Of a stretch of DNA of 13,942 bases, positions 1-7,339 are shown one piece after another. The stretch's first letter is position 1, and every line of letters starts with the position of its first letter. Source of the stretch: Candidatus Bipolaricaulia bacterium (GTDB lineage Bacteria; Bipolaricaulota; Bipolaricaulia; JBHIAT01); the NCBI GenBank assembly GCA_046758705.1, contig JBHIAT010000092.1, positions 1 through 13,942 of the forward strand, written 5' to 3'. The notes below the pieces were generated by a model. The model saw only the letters and a list, made by a program, of their open reading frames with translations, was not told the origin of the DNA and ran no database searches. Position numbers and translations under genes: made by a program.

Positions 1-105
1 TGACAGTTGGTCGGTGATCGCCTGGCTTAACAAGGAGCCAGGATATAAACAGATAGATCAATGGTTAGAAAAGGGGCGTCGGGAAGAGGCGGTGTTATTG
101 ATGAG
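1..105 (+). pseudogene. vapC: N-terminal fragment of a PIN-domain (VapC-like) toxin; start lies before the window, truncated at about 105
   Basis: Frame 2 from base 2 reads DSWSVIAWLNKEPGYKQIDQWLEKGRREEAVLLM, matching the PIN N-terminal pattern (hD[ST]xAhhAhhxxEPG...hhMS). After M the frame lacks the expected SxxNhxE helix and runs into unrecognisable sequence, stopping at 259. Confidence 0.7.
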
Positions 106-321
106 ATCGGACCGATGGAGCTGCTTTCAGATCAATTCAAACAGGCAGTCCTGGATGTGCTGGATAGCTCCCGACCTCTTTTGGGCACGGTTGTGTCACG
201 TCCGTTCCCCTGGGTGGATGAGCTCAAGCAACGTGAAGAGGTGGAGCTATGCCATGTGACAGTGGACAATCGTGATAGCATGGCTGAGAGGCTGACGCTT
301 ACCCTGTCAGTCTACAGGTAA
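94..321 (+). pseudogene. C-terminal half of a THEP1/NTPase_1-family nucleoside triphosphatase, 5'-truncated
   Basis: Frame 1 reads VIDEIGPMELLSDQFKQAVLDVLDSSRPLLGTV...VTVDNRD, typical of this family from Walker B onward. No Walker A is present and in-frame TAA stops lie upstream at 28-30 and 46-48. Confidence 0.8.
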
Positions 322-324
322 GGA

Positions 325-678
325 CTACAACGTTAGGATGGTATACCCGTCCGCGATCAGCTCGGAGATGCTCGGATGACCCTCGTACTCACCGAGAAAT
401 GAGATGTCGGCCGCTTCCACTTCGTCGTACACTTCGAAAGATACGGCGCAGTACTCGCACGCTCCGGCGATGAGCCCCAGGCGCTTCAGTTCCTCAAACA
501 GAGCATGCCGTTTATGCTCGGGTTTTGAGTACTCCCTGATCCACGTCGTCCCAGCTCCGTCGAAGATGAGTATCACCTCATGACCCGCCTCGTGGAGATC
601 CTTCGTGTAAAGCAGTCCGTGCGTCGCTCGTCCCGAATCATTGGGCATGGCGTGCAGAATGACGGCGTACTTTCCCAT
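325..678 (-). CDS. DsrE/DsrF-like family protein (putative sulfur-relay or redox protein)
   Basis: 117 aa with hIFDGAG, ACEYCA (CxxC), GHPS and a C-terminal GYTILTL pattern typical of DsrE-like proteins; AAGGGGGA RBS upstream. Confidence 0.85.
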   Translation of the reverse strand: MGKYAVILHAMPNDSGRATHGLLYTKDLHEAGHEVILIFDGAGTTWIREYSKPEHKRHALFEELKRLGLIAGACEYCAVSFEVYDEVEAADISFLGEYEGHPSISELIADGYTILTL

Positions 679-768
679 CGGTAAAGTCCCCCTTACAGGT
701 TGTATATTGATTCAAATCTGCCATTATTGGACCGGATTTTCACGGAACTGTCTGTAACGAGACTTACA

Positions 769-3639
769 TTAGAAAGATGTACCTAGCCCAATATAGAACA
801 GAGGCTGCAGTTGATCGAACCCCTGGGCCCACCCGAACCGCAGGAGAATTCGAGAGACGTAGTTGGTGGTCAACGTCAGGTTCAGCTCGAACCCGGCGCT
901 TCCCACCAGCCCCGCTGAGTCCAGAGTCTCCCCGATATCTGCGACCAAGCCACCGTCGATAAACAGGCTGCCACGCAGGTCATCGTAGAAGACCGGTTGG
1001 AAATCGGTTCCGTTGTGGATAGAGACGATTGGGAACCGATACTCTAAGCTGCCGGCGGCGATGCTGGCACCGGTGAACGCTTGGGACGGATAGCCGCGGA
1101 GTAGGATGGAGAACCCGTCCAATGTCAGGCTCTCTCCGCTGCCACCGAGCTGGAAGAAGCCGGGGATCTCGCTCCAACCGGCAAACAGCCGTGCGGCCAG
1201 CTCGTGGTTGCGCTTCAGCGGCAACCGCAAGCGCTCACGCCAGTCGAGGATGGCCCACTCCTCGGTCGGTCCATTTGGGAAGCCGTCGACAAAGCCACCC
1301 AGCAGGTTCTCTCCAGCGTCAGCTCGCGTCTCACCTGCGATGAGGATGTTCCGTCGATCCTGGAACCGGTCGATCCCGGAGATGCTGTCCTGACTCCAGA
1401 TGGCATACAGGCCTCCCCGGGCGGGCGCCGTCCCCACTTCGGTCCTGCGTCCGCCCAGGGTGAGTTGTTGAGCGGAGAAGAACCGGGTGACCAGGGGGAG
1501 ATTGACCTCCAGAAGCTGCTCGTTGAACCGCTCGTTTGTCTGATTCCGCCCCTGATTCAGCAGGAGTGTGAACGACGGGGTGAACCGATCGTTGGTATAT
1601 AAGAATGCATAGAACGGCTCCTCGACGGTATAATCGAAGCCTCCCTGCAGGACGTAGGTATGGTGGCGCAATGGATCGGTTCCCGATACCTCGACTCCGA
1701 ACTGCGTGAGCATCCCTTCGGGATCGGACCCGATGAGTGGAACCCAGGACTTGGGGAGCATCAAGGGCAGTGGGTTGTACCGGTGGATCGGATATTCGGT
1801 CACCGGGAAGCCCGCCCACGATGGGATCTCCTCCATCGCAGCCTCGACCGGGCCCCAGCGATCCGGCTCGAACTCCATGACCCGGATGTCATAGCCGGCC
1901 GCGGTGTAGCCGACGAACACGATCTTCCGGCCGTCGGGCGAGACGTCCGGGTCGAACGCACCGGTGAGCACGTTGGTCACTTTGAACAGTGCCCCATCCG
2001 CGAGGCGGTAGGCGTACAGGTTGTTGATCCTGCCCCGATCTGAGTTGAACAGCACATATCTTCCGTCGGGCGACCAAGTCGGATCGAGGTCGGTGGCGCG
2101 ATCCTGGGTGAGGGGGACGAGCTCCTTCGTCTCGATCGACATCAGGTAGATGTCCTGAAACCCGCCGCGGCGCCACAGAGAGAGCGCAATCCGCCTGCCA
2201 TCGGGAGACAGATCGAACGAGTGGAGTGCCGTGTCAGCGGGGAGTTGATGGAACAAGCGGATCTCCCCGGTATGAAGCTCCAGGATGGCTAACCGTTGAC
2301 CCATCTCCGGGGAATCGTGTTGGGCGAACAGGATCTGCTCACCATCGGGAAGGAAGACCGGGTTGTAAGCCCGAGCCCCCCGGGTGAGCCGCCGCTCCCG
2401 CCCGGTGTTGAGGTCGTAGCGGTACAGGTCGCTGTAGGTGGCTACGTGGCGATAGAGGTCGATCTTTTCGTAGATAAGCGTGTCGCCGTCCGGGGACCAG
2501 GTCGGATCACTGAACACCTCGCCGAGGCGCAGCTGACGGTCTCGGCGACCATCGGCGGTCACGATCCTGAGCGCCGGGAGACGGGTCGGATCGCTATGGT
2601 AGTAGGCGATCCGCTCCCCGTCAGGGGACCAGACAGGCCGGTTGCTCCAGTAGTTGAGCTCCGTGATCCGGTGTGTTTCCGTAACCCCGTCTGCTTGGAT
2701 CGTCTCGATCTCCTCAGTGAACTGATCGGAGAGCCACGCCTTGAAGCCGTCGTACACTTGGCTGGGCGACTGTCCCAGAGTCTGATCCAGCACGTCCCCG
2801 AATTCGGCTTGGAAGTTCGGAACCAAGTTGATGGCCAGCAAAGGACCGCCAATCTCGATCGATAGGGCGAAGCTGTAATACATCTCAGTGTAGCGCTCCA
2901 GGATCTCGGGGAGGACGTCACTGCCGTAGCGCTCGGCGATATAACGGACGAGCCACGGCCCGAAATCGTGGTCGAGCAGACCGGTCGGTGGCCACTCATC
3001 CCGGGTGTAATCCGAGCTGATCTGGCCGAGCGTGGGGAACGCATCCTCCAGCAGCATCGCCCGCAGGAACATCGCATCCCGGGGATCGTTGGCTCGCGAC
3101 TCCCCCGACCGATTGAACTCTGCATAGATCGGAATGCCCTCCACGAACGCCATCGGTTTGGGCGGCGCCAGGATTTGACGCCCGAAGAGGGACCTCAGGA
3201 TGGTTCCGGGGCCGTTGACCTTGCTCAGGTCGACGATATGGCCGTACTCGTGGAAGATCACCTGATCCAACCAACTATCGAACCGGGAGTTGAAGAACTC
3301 GCCGGCGCGGGAGTGGACGGGATAGACCACGATGTCTGGGTTGGGAAATGGAATAGCGAAGCCATTAGGCAGGTCGCTCGCGTCGGTGATCACGATGTTG
3401 GTCTTTTCGGGTGGGGTGTAGTTGAGTGCCTGGGTCAGCAGCCCATGGGCCCGCTCAGCGACGATCGCCGCCTCGTTCGCCAGCTGCTCCTCCCCCTGGT
3501 GGAAAATGATCCGGAAGTGCGGGGTCTCTAACACCCGCCAGCGCAGGCGAAGATCGTGGGAGTGGGCGGCACCGATTCCGATAGGGGCGGTTAAATAGAG
3601 CCACAGAGCTGCGATCAGCAGAGTTCTAACAGGCTTCAC
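769..3639 (-). CDS. Omp85/BamA-TamA superfamily outer-membrane protein with N-terminal zinc peptidase (MA clan-like) domain and PD40/TolB beta-propeller
   Basis: Signal peptide from GTG 3639 (VKPVRTLLIAALWLYLTAPIGIGAAHS); HEYGH at 3238-3252 with EG 33 residues later; six xxxSPDG-type repeats (about 1915-2640); C-terminal barrel with LRGY (1090-1101), EYRFP and terminal YIGLGTSF. Start moved from 3675 to 3639 because 3675-3670 forms the -35 box. Confidence 0.85.
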   Translation of the reverse strand: MKPVRTLLIAALWLYLTAPIGIGAAHSHDLRLRWRVLETPHFRIIFHQGEEQLANEAAIVAERAHGLLTQALNYTPPEKTNIVITDASDLPNGFAIPFPNPDIVVYPVHSRAGEFFNSRFDSWLDQVIFHEYGHIVDLSKVNGPGTILRSLFGRQILAPPKPMAFVEGIPIYAEFNRSGESRANDPRDAMFLRAMLLEDAFPTLGQISSDYTRDEWPPTGLLDHDFGPWLVRYIAERYGSDVLPEILERYTEMYYSFALSIEIGGPLLAINLVPNFQAEFGDVLDQTLGQSPSQVYDGFKAWLSDQFTEEIETIQADGVTETHRITELNYWSNRPVWSPDGERIAYYHSDPTRLPALRIVTADGRRDRQLRLGEVFSDPTWSPDGDTLIYEKIDLYRHVATYSDLYRYDLNTGRERRLTRGARAYNPVFLPDGEQILFAQHDSPEMGQRLAILELHTGEIRLFHQLPADTALHSFDLSPDGRRIALSLWRRGGFQDIYLMSIETKELVPLTQDRATDLDPTWSPDGRYVLFNSDRGRINNLYAYRLADGALFKVTNVLTGAFDPDVSPDGRKIVFVGYTAAGYDIRVMEFEPDRWGPVEAAMEEIPSWAGFPVTEYPIHRYNPLPLMLPKSWVPLIGSDPEGMLTQFGVEVSGTDPLRHHTYVLQGGFDYTVEEPFYAFLYTNDRFTPSFTLLLNQGRNQTNERFNEQLLEVNLPLVTRFFSAQQLTLGGRRTEVGTAPARGGLYAIWSQDSISGIDRFQDRRNILIAGETRADAGENLLGGFVDGFPNGPTEEWAILDWRERLRLPLKRNHELAARLFAGWSEIPGFFQLGGSGESLTLDGFSILLRGYPSQAFTGASIAAGSLEYRFPIVSIHNGTDFQPVFYDDLRGSLFIDGGLVADIGETLDSAGLVGSAGFELNLTLTTNYVSRILLRFGWAQGFDQLQPLFYIGLGTSF

Positions 3640-3645
3640 TTTTCT

Positions 3646-3675
3646 ATTATAGCGCGGTGATCGAGCGGAGGACAA
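3646..3675 (-). promoter_or_regulatory. Sigma70-type promoter for the Omp85 gene (TTGTCC-N18-TATAAT), probably giving a leaderless mRNA
   Basis: Minus strand: TTGTCC at 3675-3670, TATAAT at 3651-3646, then AGAAAA and GTG at 3639; no room for a Shine-Dalgarno sequence. Confidence 0.65.
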
Positions 3676-3713
3676 TGGAGGGCTTCACGACACCCGTCTG
3701 AGGATCTTCCCCC

Positions 3714-3742
3714 TTGTCAGCCATTCTTCCTCAGCGTAGAAT
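3714..3742 (+). promoter_or_regulatory. Sigma70-type promoter for the MFS gene (TTGTCA-N17-TAGAAT)
   Basis: TTGTCA at 3714-3719, 17-nt spacer, TAGAAT at 3737-3742; a second TATAAT at 3754-3759; purine-rich RBS AAGGAAGGGAG at 3774-3784. Confidence 0.7.
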
Positions 3743-3786
3743 ATCAGCATCGATATAATTGCGGGGTTATGTGAAGGAAGGGAGCC

Positions 3787-5445
3787 ATGATGAAGCAGCC
3801 ATCCGATATGACAGAAGAAGCAACTACTGTTGGCGGGGGACTCCAAGCGCTACCGCGACGGGAGGTGTTTATAACGCTGGCCGGGATGATGCTGGCCATG
3901 TTCCTCGCCTCCCTGGATCAGACCGTCGTGGGAACGGCCCTGCCGCGGATCATCGCCGATCTAGGAGGGTTTGACCTTTATACCTGGGTGACCACCGCCT
4001 ACCTGATTACCTCGACCACTGTGGCGCCCATCGTCGGCAAGCTCACCGATATCTACGGGCGAAAGTGGTTTTACGTGGGCGGGATTGTGATCTTCCTTCT
4101 GGGCTCCGTCCTCTCCGGTCTCAGCCAGAACATAAACCAGCTCATCCTATTCCGGGGCTTTCAGGGTATTGGGGCCGGCGCCATCATCGCCAGTTCGTTT
4201 ACCCTGATTGGAGATCTGTTCCCACCGGCCGAGCGTGGCAAGTATCAGGGGATTATCGCTTCGGTCTTCGGTCTGTCCTCGGTGATTGGGCCCACACTAG
4301 GCGGCTTCGTGACCGACTCTCTCTCGTGGCGCTGGATCTTTTACATCAATATCCCGATCGGCATCCCGGTCGTTTACCTGTTCATCCGGTTCTTCCCGAA
4401 CATCCGCCTCACGGGTGTGAATCGCCGCATTGACTTCCTGGGTGTGACCGCTCTGGTGCTGGCGGTGATGCCACTGCTGCTGGCGCTCTCCTGGGGTGGT
4501 GTTCAGTATCCATGGGACTCGATGCTGGTGATTGGCTCCCTGGCATTCGCCGCGGTGATGACGGGACTGTTCATCTGGATAGAGTCGCGGGTGACTGAGC
4601 CCCTGATGCCTCTGGAAATCTTCCGGAACCGGATCGTGAGCATCTCCATGCTGGCCATCTTCCTGACCGGATTCGGGATGTTCGGCGGGATTATCTTTAT
4701 CCCGCTGTTTTTCCAGGGTGTATTAGGCGCCTCGGCGACCACGAGTGGTAGCTTCCTCACCCCGATGATGCTCGGGATGGTGGTGGGCAGCATCCTCTCC
4801 GGCCAAGTGCTCTCCCGCATGGGGGGACACTACCGGATCCAGGGTCTGATCGGGCTGGTGATTATGAGTATCGGTATGGCGTTGCTCTCCCGGATGACCG
4901 TGGATACGACCTTTGGCCAGGCGGTGCGCAACATCGTGCTCATGGGTTTCGGACTGGGCACGACGATGCCTCTGTTCGTGATTGCGGTTCAGAATGCGGT
5001 CCCCTATCGAGTGCTCGGGGTGGCCACCACCTCGACCCAGTTCGTTCGCTCTATCGGCGGCACCCTGGGGCTGGCCATCCTCGGCTCGGTGATGGCCAAT
5101 CGCTTCGCCTCGACGTTCACAACCGAACTCCCGGCCACGGTGCGCGGGGCGCTCCCGCCCGAACGGCTGGCCGATCTGGCCAGCAACCCTCAGATCCTGG
5201 TCAGCCCGGACGCACAGGCGCAGCTCCAGGCCGGGTTCAGCCAGTTCGGTCCTCAGGGTGAGGCAATGTTCCAGCAACTGATCACCGTGATGCGCCAGTC
5301 CCTGGTCTTCGCCGTGGCTGAGGTGTTTTTCATCGGGCTGATCGTGGTGGCGGTGGCCTGGCTGGTCACCCTGTTCCTGAAGGAGGTCCCCTTGCGCAAG
5401 GACCATCAGCTCGATTCCGAAGCCGAAGAGGTGCTTGAAGGATGA
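3787..5445 (+). CDS. MFS drug:H+ antiporter, DHA2 (EmrB/QacA-like, about 14 TMS)
   Basis: 552 aa with LDQTVVGTALP (motif D1), GKLTDIYGRK (motif A), FRGFQGIG (motif B), IGPTLGG (motif C) and WRWIFYINIPIG (motif H). The start could be 3790. Confidence 0.95.
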   Translation: MMKQPSDMTEEATTVGGGLQALPRREVFITLAGMMLAMFLASLDQTVVGTALPRIIADLGGFDLYTWVTTAYLITSTTVAPIVGKLTDIYGRKWFYVGGIVIFLLGSVLSGLSQNINQLILFRGFQGIGAGAIIASSFTLIGDLFPPAERGKYQGIIASVFGLSSVIGPTLGGFVTDSLSWRWIFYINIPIGIPVVYLFIRFFPNIRLTGVNRRIDFLGVTALVLAVMPLLLALSWGGVQYPWDSMLVIGSLAFAAVMTGLFIWIESRVTEPLMPLEIFRNRIVSISMLAIFLTGFGMFGGIIFIPLFFQGVLGASATTSGSFLTPMMLGMVVGSILSGQVLSRMGGHYRIQGLIGLVIMSIGMALLSRMTVDTTFGQAVRNIVLMGFGLGTTMPLFVIAVQNAVPYRVLGVATTSTQFVRSIGGTLGLAILGSVMANRFASTFTTELPATVRGALPPERLADLASNPQILVSPDAQAQLQAGFSQFGPQGEAMFQQLITVMRQSLVFAVAEVFFIGLIVVAVAWLVTLFLKEVPLRKDHQLDSEAEEVLEG

Positions 5446-5478
5446 GAGTCCAAAGCCCAATAATTAAGGAGGTGGCTC

Positions 5479-6102
5479 ATGAGATTTCGTTCTTGGAGCG
5501 CTCTGACCGGTATCTTTCTGGGTGCGAGCCTTCTGATGGTAGGTGATAGGGTAGGAGATTATTCGACCTTCCCTAAAGCCGATCAGATCTGGATCACCCA
5601 CCCTCACCGCGATCACCTCGATCCAACGGCTATCGATCAAATCAAGAAGGAGGGGACGTTGTTTGTGGCCGATCCTCAATCGGCGGAGAGCCTGAAGGAG
5701 ACTCGTGTGATCGTGATGCAGAATGGGGATGAACAGGAGATTGACGGGATCTTCATCGAAGCGGTGCCCGCCTACAACCTGGTTCGGGAAAGACAACCCG
5801 GAGTGAAGTATCACCCCAAGGGATTGTATAACGGATACGTGGCCACCTTTGGGGACAAGCGCGTCTATATCGCTGGAGATACCGAATGTATCCCGGAGAT
5901 GGCCTCTCTGGGCCCGATCGATGTGGCGTTCATTCCGATTAACCTCCCGTTTACCATGCCTCCTGAAGAGGCGGTGGGCTGCATCAAGGTGATCGCCCCC
6001 ACGGTGGCCATCCCCTATCACCAGGGTCAATCAGACCCAAACGTGGTAGCGGAACTCCTTGAGGGATCGGGGATTGAGGTACGGACCCTCCCCCTGCCTT
6101 AA
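5479..6102 (+). CDS. Exported metallo-beta-lactamase-fold hydrolase (UlaG/Lactamase_B_3-like), probably with an in-frame deletion after the signal peptide
   Basis: THPHRDH (HxHxDH), VPAYN, HPKG, YIAGDT and PYH motifs; strong RBS AAGGAGGTGG at 5466-5475. The N-terminal strands (GHxx and hhhDP) expected before DYxxxPKAD are absent. Confidence 0.85.
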   Translation: MRFRSWSALTGIFLGASLLMVGDRVGDYSTFPKADQIWITHPHRDHLDPTAIDQIKKEGTLFVADPQSAESLKETRVIVMQNGDEQEIDGIFIEAVPAYNLVRERQPGVKYHPKGLYNGYVATFGDKRVYIAGDTECIPEMASLGPIDVAFIPINLPFTMPPEEAVGCIKVIAPTVAIPYHQGQSDPNVVAELLEGSGIEVRTLPLP

Positions 6103-6253
6103 TCGGATGCTTATAAGATCTTAAGATGCTGCCCTTAGTGTGTGTAGATGACATAGAGTGCCGGAGGATGATTTCCACTGGCCTTCTACCTTCTTTCTAT
6201 GGATCTTCCACTGATGATCGGGTTATCATGCTGACCATGAGGTGATCCCCCCC

Positions 6254-7339
6254 ATGAACCGAACGATACGGGGTCTTTTGTCAATTTTCATAGCGGTGCT
6301 TCTGTCGATGATCTCCTGGACGGCGGCCGGTCAGGAGCCGTCACTCACCCTATCCGAGGCGATCCAGAGCACCTTGGGGAACGACCTCCGGCTCAAGGTC
6401 GCAAAGCTCAACCTGGCCAACGCCGAGATCGCCTATCAACGGGCGCAGGCAAACCTGCTCCCCACAGGATCCAAGATCGATGAACTCCAGGCGGATCTCA
6501 ACTGGCAGCAGTCGCAGGCGAACTTTGAGGAGGCCAGGATACAACTCCTCCTGGATATCGTGTCTCAATACCTCCAGTTGAAGGATCTCCAGGACAGGGT
6601 TCCTGGGCTCCAACAGAAGCTGGAGCTCGCTCAAGAAGAGCTTGCCCAAGTGCAGAGTAAGGTCGCGATCGGGAGCGCCGGGAAGCTGGATGAGCTTCAG
6701 GCCGAGATCAATCTGAAAAACGCTGTAAACAGCTTGGAAAGTGCCAGAAACGATCTGGAAGATCTGAAACGGAGTTTCTCTAAAGCCACCGGTATCGAAG
6801 CGCGGGAACTGGAGGCACGTCGATTCGTCACCGACCTCCCGGTGGTGACTTTGGACAAATCTTTGTCGGAGTATCTGGAATTGGCACTTCTTAACCGAGA
6901 GGAACTCAAGTTTGCACGGATGCAGATAGGGATAGATAACCTGGAACTCCAACGGATGAGGACCGAGAACGCCCCACCGTTGGACATCAACAGGGGTAAG
7001 AATGATGTTGAACTAAGCCGGATCAACCTCACGATCGAAGAGGATGAGATCCGGGATGAGGTGATCGGCAGCTATCAGAGTGTGAAATCCCTGGAGCGCA
7101 ACGTGGCGCTACGCCAGCTTCAGATGGAGGAGGCTCAAGAGGACTACCAGAATACAGAGAAACAGTTTGATGCCGGGTTGAAGACCCAATCCGATCTCCT
7201 CTCTAAGGAGGTCGATTTTGAAACAGCCAAGCTCGATTATCAAAAGGCGGTCGGAGATTATTACCTGGCGTACCAGCGGCTGTTGAACAGCGCAGATCTG
7301 GAGTTGGATCTGGGTGGTATAGATGAACAGGAGGGGTAG
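6254..7339 (+). CDS. TolC/outer-membrane efflux family protein, short form apparently lacking beta-barrel strands
   Basis: Signal peptide, LTLSEAIQ start and two OEP repeats (GSAGKLDELQAE, AGLKTQSDLL). RBS GAGGTGA at 6239-6245 supports ATG 6254. Confidence 0.85.
   Translation: MNRTIRGLLSIFIAVLLSMISWTAAGQEPSLTLSEAIQSTLGNDLRLKVAKLNLANAEIAYQRAQANLLPTGSKIDELQADLNWQQSQANFEEARIQLLLDIVSQYLQLKDLQDRVPGLQQKLELAQEELAQVQSKVAIGSAGKLDELQAEINLKNAVNSLESARNDLEDLKRSFSKATGIEARELEARRFVTDLPVVTLDKSLSEYLELALLNREELKFARMQIGIDNLELQRMRTENAPPLDINRGKNDVELSRINLTIEEDEIRDEVIGSYQSVKSLERNVALRQLQMEEAQEDYQNTEKQFDAGLKTQSDLLSKEVDFETAKLDYQKAVGDYYLAYQRLLNSADLELDLGGIDEQEG

Noticed and set aside
61-93. ATG 61 as the true NTPase start
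   Set aside because: No RBS, and MVRKGASGRGG is an alternative frame of the PIN fragment rather than a Walker A region.
14-259. 81-aa ORF as an intact gene
   Set aside because: Only the part up to about 105 looks like protein (PIN); the rest is out-of-frame read-through over the NTPase fragment.
1915-2640. Recurring similar DNA segments as a repeat array or CRISPR
   Set aside because: They are degenerate codings of PD40 protein repeats; there are no identical repeats with unique spacers.
6140-6200. Minus-strand KKVEGQWK / IILRHS resembling the end of a SnoaL/NTF2-like gene
   Set aside because: Needs a frameshift and is too short to support by eye; a TBLASTN search would be required.
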